Position numbers and translations under genes: made by a program
Part shown: piece by piece, positions 26,044 to 34,791 of the stretch
How positions within the stretch are numbered: position 1 is the stretch's first letter
Layout of the letters: every line of letters begins with the position of its first letter
Virus record (IMG/VR): IMGVR_UViG_3300047557_004483
Span: 1 to 64,000 of that record
Direction: 5' to 3' (one strand)
From: a virus
Taxonomy: Duplodnaviria; Heunggongvirae; Uroviricota; Caudoviricetes
Length of the DNA: 64,000 nt
Notes under the pieces: generated by a model
What the model saw: only the letters and a program-made list of their open reading frames with translations
The model's database searches: none
Told to the model about the DNA's origin: nothing

Positions 26044-26889
26044 ATGAAAAATACAATCAAGAAAATTTGTTTAACATTGTTAGAGGATTGTCCTGAATCC
26101 CTCAATGGAATTTATTTGGAAGTGAAAAAACAACTTAAATCACAACCTAATTATTTCTCGAGATTTTCTACTGCTGAAAAGTTTGAAATCGTTTACGGTA
26201 TTTTTTCTCTCAAACAAACAGGACGTTTTGATTTGGCTGAACAAATTTTACCAAATATCAAGTTAGTTTCAATCTTCAATTTTTTATCAGATGATTTTGC
26301 AGAAATCGATTGTCCAAAGTGTGAAGGAGGTGAAAACCGATGCAAGGAATGTAACATGTTCGGTGTAGTCAAATGTGATGATTGTGATGGTGAGGGTAGC
26401 CAATTTTGTTACAAATGCTATGGGACAGGTGAATACGGAAATGCCGATTGTGATAATTGCAGAGGAACTGGTCAAATTAGATGTAAGGTGTGTAATGGAG
26501 ATTCAATGTTAACTTGTCCTGAATGTGGTGGTGACAAAGTTTTAACCTGTAACGAATGTGGTGGACAAGGAATGTTAGAATCTGAACAAGTGAACTTTAA
26601 CCTATACGATTATATAATTTACGATAAAAATATATTACGATATCTGTTCGATAGAGCCGAGTTGTTCAAACCTATCGGAGAAAATTCGAGCTTTTCTGAT
26701 TCAATATCTTCGAATGAGAATATACTTCATTTAGGGTTAAGGTTTGATACCTTTGAACCAAAATCATTTGTTCAAGAAAAAGATTATTGTTATTTCATAG
26801 GTTCTATTAACGACGAAGAAAAAATAAATTGGAATATTTCTCCATCACCAATAGTCTCGACATTACCTCACAAGTATGTAAAAAAATAA
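26044..26889 (+). CDS. CxxCxGxG-repeat protein, paralog of 24454..25368
   Basis: CPKCEGGENRCKECNMFGVVKCDDCDGEGSQFCYKCYGTGEYGNADCDNCRGTGQIRCKVCNGDSMLTCPECGGDKVLTCNECGGQG. Confidence 0.65.
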   Translation: MKNTIKKICLTLLEDCPESLNGIYLEVKKQLKSQPNYFSRFSTAEKFEIVYGIFSLKQTGRFDLAEQILPNIKLVSIFNFLSDDFAEIDCPKCEGGENRCKECNMFGVVKCDDCDGEGSQFCYKCYGTGEYGNADCDNCRGTGQIRCKVCNGDSMLTCPECGGDKVLTCNECGGQGMLESEQVNFNLYDYIIYDKNILRYLFDRAELFKPIGENSSFSDSISSNENILHLGLRFDTFEPKSFVQEKDYCYFIGSINDEEKINWNISPSPIVSTLPHKYVKK

Positions 26890-26892
26890 AAA

Positions 26893-26916
26893 GAGAGACC
26901 GTAGTCTCTCTTTATT
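26893..26916 (+). terminator. Rho-independent terminator GAGAGACC-gta-GTCTCTC + TTTATT
   Basis: Perfect 7-bp stem immediately after the stop of 26044..26889. Confidence 0.55.
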
Positions 26917-26955
26917 GGGACTGCCCGATAAGGGACAATCGCTCCACCACCAAGT

Positions 26956-27234
26956 TTAACTTGGAAAAATCAACTCGTTTATGATTCTTTCTGTCTCTTG
27001 AGCAGATACCCAAGCCATCACATCATCTTTTAGGTCAGGAAAATATTTCTTGGTTACAAATTCTTTTGTCTGTTTGTCTATGAGAGCAATTTCAAAATCA
27101 TTCTCGAAATCACCATATAAACCTGGTCTACCACCTACAATAGAAATCATAAATGAGTCTGACTCGATTATTGTTTGTTTTGCATCATCGGGTCTTGTCG
27201 TTGCGAGAGATACTACGTCTTGAATCGTTATCAT
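26956..27234 (-). CDS. hypothetical protein
   Basis: ORF only. Confidence 0.4.
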   Translation of the reverse strand: MITIQDVVSLATTRPDDAKQTIIESDSFMISIVGGRPGLYGDFENDFEIALIDKQTKEFVTKKYFPDLKDDVMAWVSAQETERIINELIFPS

Positions 27235-27240
27235 ATGTTA

Positions 27241-27525
27241 TTATTTTGAGACTGGTGACTCTATTTTAGATTTATTGATAAGTTGGTCAGTCAATGTTAA
27301 ATAGTGTGTTTTAGTGGTTATTACGGACTCCACAAGGGTCTTGTAGGGAACGTGAATCAAGAAGTCTACCCCATTGAAAAAAGTAAGGTCTTCTTTCATG
27401 GTCAAACAACCTTGAATCATCTTCAAAAAAAGTTTGAACTGAGATGGATTGACAAAATCTTCATCAACCAAAGTGCCGTAGGTTTCATTGATAACCCTGA
27501 TGTTGTAGTGACTCATTGTATTCAT
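27241..27525 (-). CDS. hypothetical protein
   Basis: ORF only. Confidence 0.4.
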   Translation of the reverse strand: MNTMSHYNIRVINETYGTLVDEDFVNPSQFKLFLKMIQGCLTMKEDLTFFNGVDFLIHVPYKTLVESVITTKTHYLTLTDQLINKSKIESPVSK

Positions 27526-27561
27526 ATTACAAAGATATGGAAAAAAACATTACCAAAAAAA

Positions 27562-28107
27562 TTATTCTTGAGTGTTTTGTATAATTGGGGTGAAATTTTT
27601 ACCCGAATCACTCATTATTCTGAAAGTTTGTATTTCTCCCAAATCGGGGAAACTTACCTGTTCTACAGTAATTCCCCACTTCTCCACCTGTTCGTTAATC
27701 TCAGGTGTTACCACACTACTCAAATCATACAAATCAGCCCATTTACAACCTTCAACTATATCACGAATAATTCCCTGTGTTGTATCAACCAAGACATCAT
27801 TAGCATGCATTACTCCTAACAAAAACTTTCTAACGTCGTGAATATGGTATCGAACAATACTTGTGAGAACGACACTTTTCTCATCTTCAGAAGTCACAGT
27901 TTGGGGTGATAAGTTTACAGTCTGAGTTATTACAGGAGTTGTGATTATTTGGTCAAAGAAAGGAATTTTCCAATTCAAACCCGGTTCCACAACCTTTATG
28001 AATTTACCTACTCTGAGATGAACACCCATTTCCCATTGGTCAACAATTTTGAAGGGTAAAAAATCTCCAATAAAAGTTACGATTAAATCGATGAGTTTGT
28101 CAAACAT
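27562..28107 (-). CDS. SPFH/band-7 (stomatin/prohibitin/HflK-C-like) domain protein
   Basis: VDQWEMGVHLRVGKF..PGLNWKIPFFDQI.. fits the SPFH N-terminal signature. Confidence 0.65.
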   Translation of the reverse strand: MFDKLIDLIVTFIGDFLPFKIVDQWEMGVHLRVGKFIKVVEPGLNWKIPFFDQIITTPVITQTVNLSPQTVTSEDEKSVVLTSIVRYHIHDVRKFLLGVMHANDVLVDTTQGIIRDIVEGCKWADLYDLSSVVTPEINEQVEKWGITVEQVSFPDLGEIQTFRIMSDSGKNFTPIIQNTQE

Positions 28108-28171
28108 TTTATGTAATTTTGAAACACAAAGTTACTTAAAATAATCCAAATCACAAATATTTATAAAAACC

Positions 28172-28444
28172 ATGGAAAAAGATTTTGAAGTTTTGAAAAA
28201 AATTCTTAAAGAAATGAATTTCGCTGAAGGATTCATTGATATGTTACTGAGTTTTGTAAAAAAACAAATGTTATCATATAATTTTGATAAATTGACACCA
28301 AACTTCCTTTACACTATTTTGATGTACGAAATTGGTAGGAATAATGCAAGAGACGTTTCTGAATATTTTGAAGATTATTTGAAAAAGGGAACTTACAAAA
28401 CTAAACTGCAAGACTTATTGGATAAGTCTCCGTGGATGAGATAA
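28172..28444 (+). CDS. hypothetical protein
   Basis: ORF followed by a strong terminator. Confidence 0.45.
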   Translation: MEKDFEVLKKILKEMNFAEGFIDMLLSFVKKQMLSYNFDKLTPNFLYTILMYEIGRNNARDVSEYFEDYLKKGTYKTKLQDLLDKSPWMR

Positions 28445-28450
28445 TAAAAA

Positions 28451-28473
28451 CCCTCCGTTTGGAGGGTTTTTTA
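28451..28473. terminator. bidirectional Rho-independent terminator CCCTCC-gttt-GGAGGG + TTTTTTATTT
   Basis: Perfect 6-bp stem with an A-run upstream and a T-run downstream; sits between convergent genes. Confidence 0.65.
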
Positions 28474-28474
28474 T

Positions 28475-29662
28475 TTATTGTTGTTGTCTATTTCTCATCC
28501 TCTCAACCTTACGTTGTTGTTGAGGTGTTAAGTTAGTTTGTGGTACTTGAAATGTTGGTGCTTGTGTCGATAAATTCTGTGGTATTTGATTAGATATTTG
28601 TGTGTTTCTGTCAGGTCTATCTAATTTCACTGGTTGTTCCAACTCTCTTTTAGTAGGTATTGGTTCTTCCTGAGATGGATTTTGTTGTCCTTTACTTGCT
28701 AAATAAGCTTTTTTAATCTCTTCATCTTGCCATGCTCTACTTGTATTTGGTCCAAATTTACCGAAGCCTTTTTGAACATTACCACCAAGTGTTTGATATT
28801 TAGAATGCCATCCAGGTTTATTTGTATCCAACCAAGTTTGGAAATCCTGAACTCCTTTTACATCCACTAATTCAGAAGGAATTTCATAACTTGTTGATGA
28901 GCTTGAACTTGTTCCATAACCAGTTACTGGTGTGTCTTGCGGTGGTTGTTCTGGTTGTCCTTCAGATTGAACTCCATTATCTTTAGCAAATTGCCAAAGA
29001 ACCGCACCTGTTATACCTATACCAGCAGCAAACGCTAAGGTTTTTTTCCACCCTTTTGTTTTTAGTGAAGTCAACAAATTATCTTTATATTTTGTTAGAT
29101 TCTCTTTAGCCTTTGTCAAACCTTCTTTGGTTTTTTGAATCAATGATTTTTTGCCTTGTTGTATTGGTGGTGGTGCAATACTATCATATTTTTTCATAAT
29201 TCTTTTGATACCATCATCAGAATATCCATTTTGTTTTAATAAAACTTTTCTATCTGCCGCTGAAGCATTTTGGAATTGTACAGCCTTTGTTCCTTTTGAA
29301 TTTGCTAGTTGTTTTGCATAACCCTCGGCCGCTGCATCAGCAAGTCCAACCAATTCATCTGTTTGTTTCGCATTTTTTAAGAGACCTTGCTGTAATTCTT
29401 GCATGACGTTTGCTGATGCCTTACCCTGTTTAGCTAATGCTAATACTTTTTCAGCACCACCAGCATTTTTCAAAGAAGGTATTATATTGTCTAATTGTGC
29501 TGAAATTGTCTTAATAAAATCATCACTATATCCTTGAATTAGTTTAGCAAAAAAACCTGATTCGACTAATAAGTCAAGATTTTCAGTAAGAGTTAGCTCT
29601 GTTTTATAATTTGAAAGAATTCTCATTCTTTCCAATTCTTCTTTCAATAAATTCTCTGTCAT
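28475..29662 (-). CDS. hypothetical Lys/Gln-rich protein with one TM segment; candidate virion internal protein
   Basis: TM segment TLAFAAGIGITGAVLWQFA. Low-complexity Ser/Gln/Pro C-terminal half. Confidence 0.5.
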   Translation of the reverse strand: MTENLLKEELERMRILSNYKTELTLTENLDLLVESGFFAKLIQGYSDDFIKTISAQLDNIIPSLKNAGGAEKVLALAKQGKASANVMQELQQGLLKNAKQTDELVGLADAAAEGYAKQLANSKGTKAVQFQNASAADRKVLLKQNGYSDDGIKRIMKKYDSIAPPPIQQGKKSLIQKTKEGLTKAKENLTKYKDNLLTSLKTKGWKKTLAFAAGIGITGAVLWQFAKDNGVQSEGQPEQPPQDTPVTGYGTSSSSSTSYEIPSELVDVKGVQDFQTWLDTNKPGWHSKYQTLGGNVQKGFGKFGPNTSRAWQDEEIKKAYLASKGQQNPSQEEPIPTKRELEQPVKLDRPDRNTQISNQIPQNLSTQAPTFQVPQTNLTPQQQRKVERMRNRQQQ

Positions 29663-29681
29663 TTTTATTTTTTTTTATTTT

Positions 29682-30914
29682 TTATAAAGATTGATTGAAA
29701 TCTATACCTGTATCATCGAATGATACAGAAGAATAATCTTGAGGGGTAGAAGTCTTACCGCCACCACCACCACTAGATAACCCATAAGCAAGCCCTGTTG
29801 ATAACCCAACACCTACCGCGCCTTGTGATATTTTAGCAGCGTTCGGTGCGGAGGCACCAAGTTTTTGAGCTGTTTTCGTAACTATTTTACCAGGAGCATT
29901 AACCACTGCAGCACCTCCCTTTATAGCACCTTGACCTAAATAAGCCAAAGTGTCAACTATTTTTTTAATAAATCCTGAAACTTTAGTAATAAGTCCACTA
30001 ACCCATTTATGTATTGTTGGTGATTTTGTTGCCAACCATTGTGAAGCTTGACTTAATAAACCCGGTACCTTGTCTAAAGAACTTTTTATTTTATCTACTA
30101 TTTTAATCATAGCTGGAGATTTTTGAATTCCAGCTCTCATTGTTTGTAAATTTTTTCCGAACCCCCTTACGAAAGCACCAACCACACCCTTTGCTGTTTT
30201 AGCCGCAACGCCAGCGAAAACCAGCCCTATCATATCGACTCCAGTGAACAACAACTTTGTATACAAATTCTGTCCTTCAGGATAATCTCCACTTACCAAT
30301 TCATAGATATCCAATGCAACAACGATTGCCCATACAACAAATTGAGCAGCTTTTCCAATTCCCGATGCAACTAAAATAGCATCTAAAACCATACCTACAG
30401 GATGATAGAGAGCATCTCTCAATTTTCTTGCCAAATATAAAGTGCCTTTTTTAACAATATCCAAAGCTTGCATCCACTCACTTTGACTGAATTTTGAATA
30501 AGCATCTTTTGCTCCTTGTATTGTTTTTTGAATGACCTGCTTAGTACCTTGAACCGCCTCTTTCCCTTTTTGATATGCCCAATCCATGAAACCTTCTTCA
30601 TTCAATAAAATAAATTGAGACTTGAGAAACTGTAGTTGTGTTTTACTTTCTAATAATACTATTGAATTGATATCTTTTTTAATCTGAATTAAGTTTTCAT
30701 TCAGAGTTTTCGGAACATCGTTGAAGAATACTTTGAAGTTATCAAAACTTTCCCAAATGTTTCCAAGATGTTTTTTATTTTTCAAATCATACATCTCATC
30801 AAGGAAAATTGCATAGTTTTCATTCAAAGATACCAAAGCAGTTATCGCAATCTTTTCTCTTTCGATATTATATTGTGAAAGTATTTCTCTTTTTTCACTT
30901 TCTGAGATAATCAT
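29682..30914 (-). CDS. hypothetical membrane-associated Lys/Gly-rich protein; candidate virion internal protein
   Basis: Hydrophobic helices (AILVASGIGKAAQFVVWAIVVAL) and a Gly-rich C-terminus. Confidence 0.5.
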   Translation of the reverse strand: MIISESEKREILSQYNIEREKIAITALVSLNENYAIFLDEMYDLKNKKHLGNIWESFDNFKVFFNDVPKTLNENLIQIKKDINSIVLLESKTQLQFLKSQFILLNEEGFMDWAYQKGKEAVQGTKQVIQKTIQGAKDAYSKFSQSEWMQALDIVKKGTLYLARKLRDALYHPVGMVLDAILVASGIGKAAQFVVWAIVVALDIYELVSGDYPEGQNLYTKLLFTGVDMIGLVFAGVAAKTAKGVVGAFVRGFGKNLQTMRAGIQKSPAMIKIVDKIKSSLDKVPGLLSQASQWLATKSPTIHKWVSGLITKVSGFIKKIVDTLAYLGQGAIKGGAAVVNAPGKIVTKTAQKLGASAPNAAKISQGAVGVGLSTGLAYGLSSGGGGGKTSTPQDYSSVSFDDTGIDFNQSL

Positions 30915-30977
30915 CTTTTTTTACTATAAATACCCATAAGAACAAAAAAGTTTTTTTCTCATCCTATTTATTTATAC

Positions 30978-31307
30978 ATGAAAAACTTAAAAAAGTATTT
31001 GGATGAGATTTCAGGTAAAGAAATTCATAGTGTGTCAGTGTTCATAAGACTTCCATACGATTCAAGAAAAACTAAATTATCATTTAGTTTAAAAATAGAA
31101 AGTGCAAAGCTAACTGAGGTTTTGACTATTAAATTCAATATTTTTAATAGAAAAGTGAACGATGAGTCAGATGACCCAACGTTCGAATACTTATTCAGTA
31201 AAAATTCATTTCAAGAAGAATTTCAACGAGATACTTATGAAAACTATAACTTAGTAATCTTTGGTGTCGAGTTAGAAGATTTGGAATTGGTTTACGTGTT
31301 CAAATGA
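30978..31307 (+). CDS. hypothetical protein
   Basis: ORF only. Confidence 0.4.
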   Translation: MKNLKKYLDEISGKEIHSVSVFIRLPYDSRKTKLSFSLKIESAKLTEVLTIKFNIFNRKVNDESDDPTFEYLFSKNSFQEEFQRDTYENYNLVIFGVELEDLELVYVFK

Positions 31308-31313
31308 TTTTTA

Positions 31314-32168
31314 TTAAATTATTTCTATCTGAACCGAGTCAATTCGTTTTATACTTAACTCAAAATATTCTTTAGAAATTTCACTACCGATAAATTTTCT
31401 TCCTGTAAGTATTGAAGCTTTAGCAGTAGTTCCACTTCCCATAAATGGGTCATAAATAAGTTCTTCAGGGTTCGACCAACTAAGAATATGGTCTTTCACT
31501 AGTTGTATTGGAAATATTGCAGGATGTTGATATGCTATTTCGTCTTCTTGTCCGTTTTTCGATGTCTTATATGTCCAAACATTATATCTTTGTCCGTACT
31601 CATCAATTATTTTCTTTTTCCTTTCAATCATACTTCCGTCAACCTGCCTTGATGTATTTTTTCCCCAACTACCGACTTGTCCTCCGTAGACGTTTTTCCT
31701 GTCTTTTATTGAATTAAAAGTTTTTGGTTTACCCTTAGAAAACACAAACATATATTCAAAAATCTGATGATACCTGTTTGAAGATGGATTTGAAAAATTA
31801 TTCTTCATGTAAATCATAGTATCATGGATATTGAATCCAATTTCTTTGAAGAAAAGAGCCTGTCTGAATGAAGTGCCAGTTTCACTCCCTTTTTCCGTTC
31901 CATCTCCAACGACCCATACAACAACCCCGCCTTGTTTAGTGGTTCGATAAAGTTCCTTTGCAATATTTTCGAAATCAAATGAATAACCATTGAATTCGGT
32001 TTTTATACCTGAAATATGATTATTGTAAGTTCTTAAATCATCATATGGTGGTGAAGTTATTGTTACGTCAATAGTATTATCAGCAATTTTACCTAAGGTT
32101 GTAAGACAATTTTCTTGATATATTTTATTAAATTGAATCATAAATTTCGTAAAATTTTTTTGCTGCAA
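31314..32168 (-). CDS. DNA methyltransferase, beta-class N4-cytosine/N6-adenine (SPPY)
   Basis: ITSPPYDDLRTY (motif IV) is N-terminal and DPFMGSGTTAKAS (motif I, FxGxG) is C-terminal; this is the beta-class motif order. Confidence 0.8.
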   Translation of the reverse strand: MQQKNFTKFMIQFNKIYQENCLTTLGKIADNTIDVTITSPPYDDLRTYNNHISGIKTEFNGYSFDFENIAKELYRTTKQGGVVVWVVGDGTEKGSETGTSFRQALFFKEIGFNIHDTMIYMKNNFSNPSSNRYHQIFEYMFVFSKGKPKTFNSIKDRKNVYGGQVGSWGKNTSRQVDGSMIERKKKIIDEYGQRYNVWTYKTSKNGQEDEIAYQHPAIFPIQLVKDHILSWSNPEELIYDPFMGSGTTAKASILTGRKFIGSEISKEYFELSIKRIDSVQIEII

Positions 32169-32577
32169 TTGATTTATTTACTCCTATTGGGAGATGGTTT
32201 AGGTCATCTTTAGAAACCTCTATTAAATCAACACTACCGCTATGTAAACATCTTAAATCTAATAATAAGTAACTATCCAACGAATTCAACTTTTGTTCAA
32301 ACCCTTCATTTGTTACACTTCTTCCGTAGCCAACTTCCTTAGAAGAGGCAAAACTTACCTGAGTTGTAATTGAACGAACCTCAACTCTTTTTCCATCTTT
32401 ATCCTTCACATCAAATGGTGAATTTTCATTTTGTCTTTCTCCCTCGTGCCAAAATTCACCTACTCTACCCATAATTCTTCCATCATCACAAAATTTACGA
32501 GCTTCATATTCATTCTTGAATCCGAACCCTTTAGCAATTGCTTTAAAATCAAGTTTTCTACTACCAATTTGTTTCAT
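32128..32577 (-). CDS. hypothetical protein immediately upstream of, and overlapping, the methyltransferase
   Basis: 41-nt overlap with the MTase gene; no recognisable motif. Confidence 0.45.
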   Translation of the reverse strand: MKQIGSRKLDFKAIAKGFGFKNEYEARKFCDDGRIMGRVGEFWHEGERQNENSPFDVKDKDGKRVEVRSITTQVSFASSKEVGYGRSVTNEGFEQKLNSLDSYLLLDLRCLHSGSVDLIEVSKDDLNHLPIGVNKSIAAKKFYEIYDSI

Positions 32578-32649
32578 TAGAAAATGATAATAAAATTTTT
32601 GACTACAACCAAATAAAAAACCCCATTTGTAGAAACAAAAGGGGTCAAT

Positions 32650-33600
32650 TAGTTAAAAAAACTTTGAGAATACAAGTTCTATTTGAGAATCTTTAGAAGG
32701 ATTATGGTTTCCCTCCGTTTCCACTTCCTTTTGAGAAGTAATCCTCAGTGACGATTAATTAGGTTAATCAAACCTTGAGTTGTCAGATACTCTCTTGATA
32801 CTTGCTACTCCTCGATGATGCCTCACCAATACTTCCTTGCGAGAATAGAGAACTTTTTCAAAAATCGTGTCGGGTTTGGGACCCTTCACGGCCGTGAACT
32901 TCTCACGACTATGTAGTCACCTTTCACTGACAACTGACGGACACTTTTCCGTTTGTAATTATTATTGTTAATAACATTTAACAAATGAATTGGTTTGTGG
33001 ATTTGGAAAGTAGCGGTCCGTCAACCTGCTTCCCCATCTTTTGAACGAGGAAATACTGAACTACTCTCTGAGACATCCCTGCCTCCATACTTCAAGTTTA
33101 CTTCATAACTCATGCCTTGGTAGGCTAAGGTTAAGGAGAACAACAGCACCACCTGTACGAACTCATACCTTTCGGTTTTAAGTCAACTCTGATATTGAAT
33201 CACGCAATTGTATAGTTGGATGACCATACTTCTTGCAGGAGTTCTACGGGTTATTCTTATCGGTGTTCCCACCTCAACCAAACGACCCACATCGCTTGGT
33301 CATCATTCCATTTCGCCTACAGTGTCACCCTCAGCTACTCAGGGACAATGATATCCCGCTTGTCTACTCAAGCTCAACAGAGGACACCCCTATCGAGCCG
33401 CAACCTACTTCAACCGAGGTAGGTCACTTTATACTGCTTTCACAGTTTATTTTATGGACTATAGACCGCCCAATATCTTGAATCAAAGAACTATCAAGTT
33501 TGAAGGAAAAAGGTATTTTTACGACCTGAAACCTTTCAGGAACCTTTACAACCCGTTTCCTTCAATTGTTCTACAAAACTAAGAAGGGTTTTTGATACTT
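32650..33600 (-). ncRNA. ORF-free, GC-elevated region adjacent to the tRNA; candidate structured non-coding RNA(s)
   Basis: About 1 kb with no ORF above 82 aa and visibly higher GC than the flanks. Contains palindromes TTCACGGCCGTGAA and CCTGAAAGGTTTCAGG. Confidence 0.3.
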
Positions 33601-33626
33601 CCAAATTTTATTAGAACTTTTTTTTG

Positions 33627-33698
33627 TTGCGTGAGTAAGAATCGAACTTACGACCTAAAGGTTATGAGCCTTCCGAGCTACCGCTGCTCTATCACGCG
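33627..33698 (-). tRNA. tRNA with CAT anticodon (Met/fMet, or Ile2 if lysidinylated)
   Basis: Manual fold: acceptor stem 2-7/66-71, D-stem GAGC/GCTC, anticodon stem GAAGG/CCTTT, loop CTCATAA, T-arm GTAAG-TTCGATT-CTTAC. A C1·A72 mismatch and an A11:U24 pair are initiator-like. No CCA is encoded. Confidence 0.8.
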
Positions 33699-34005
33699 AT
33701 GTTAAGTTAAATTCTACCCATTCCCCGTCGTCACCATCCAAGTCATGCTCTGGTTGTACATGGGTAGAATCAATATATTAAAGAACTTTATTCGATTAAA
33801 AAGTCCCACAAATCTACGATACTTTTCTCAAACTACCAAATTCGTGGGACTAAGGGGGGAGAGATGTTTGACCATCTCATTTGTTTCACAAAGTTAAGAA
33901 GAATTTCTCAATTCGTCAAATTTTTTCTTGTGAAACTTTTTTTGTGGGGTGTTCACCTTTTTACAGGTGTGGATATATAAATATCACATTAATTTGTAAA
34001 GTCAA

Positions 34006-34428
34006 TTATTTTCCCAAAATAATTTGAAGTAATTTGTATAAATGTGTTCCTGTCGAAAGTTCGTCCATTTGTTCTGCAGTAAAATATTTACATTCAGAAT
34101 GTTCTTCACCATCCGAAGCATTTTCCAAATCAGGATTTATTTCTTGGTCGGTGTTCAGAACGTATGTGTACATTCTCCCCTTAACTTTTTTACCGTCTCT
34201 AGTATGTCTTGGTAGAATACCTGTGAAAGTTAATTCTTTATCAGAAATATCCAAATTAGTTTCCTCAAAGAATTCTCGCTTAGCACCTTCAAGAGTATCT
34301 TCCTCTTTTTCTAATTTGCCTGCTGGTATAGACCACATACCAGGGTATGAGCCTTTACTATTTCTCTTACATAGTAAACATTTCTCCTTATGTTTTACTA
34401 TTATTCCTACATATGTTTGTTGTTCCAT
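34006..34428 (-). CDS. NUDIX hydrolase
   Basis: Nudix box GKLEKEEDTLEGAKREFFEETNL (Gx5Ex7REUxEExGU). Confidence 0.8.
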   Translation of the reverse strand: MEQQTYVGIIVKHKEKCLLCKRNSKGSYPGMWSIPAGKLEKEEDTLEGAKREFFEETNLDISDKELTFTGILPRHTRDGKKVKGRMYTYVLNTDQEINPDLENASDGEEHSECKYFTAEQMDELSTGTHLYKLLQIILGK

Positions 34429-34443
34429 CGTATTTATATATAT

Positions 34444-34791
34444 ATGAAAGTAAAAATAAATGAAAATATCTTCAAGGTCAAAACTTTAATTGATGAAAAT
34501 TCACAAACCCTTGGAATGCAGAATAAAAGTTTTGATAATACTTTCGATGGGTTGCTTTTTCTGATGGGTGGAAAAGAACAATGTTTTTGGATGAAAGACT
34601 GTATTATACCCTTGGATATAATAATGATTAAAAATAACGTTATAGTTAATATTCACCACGACTGTCCTCCATGTAAAGGTGATGACTGTCCTTCTTACTG
34701 TGGTAAAGGTAATATTGTTTTAGAACTTGAGGGTGGTACTTGTGAAGAGGTAGGTATTGAACCAGGTGATTCAATAGAATATATTTTCTAG
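34444..34791 (+). CDS. DUF192-family protein
   Basis: LGMQNKSF..DGLLFLMGG..FWMKDCIIPLDIIMI..IVLELEGG fits the DUF192/COG1430 signature. Start moved to the ATG at 34444. Confidence 0.55.
   Translation: MKVKINENIFKVKTLIDENSQTLGMQNKSFDNTFDGLLFLMGGKEQCFWMKDCIIPLDIIMIKNNVIVNIHHDCPPCKGDDCPSYCGKGNIVLELEGGTCEEVGIEPGDSIEYIF

Noticed and set aside
33216-33481. Two overlapping plus-strand ORFs (68 and 82 aa) in the ORF-free GC-rich region.
   Set aside because: Short and overlapping, in a region better explained as structured RNA next to the tRNA.
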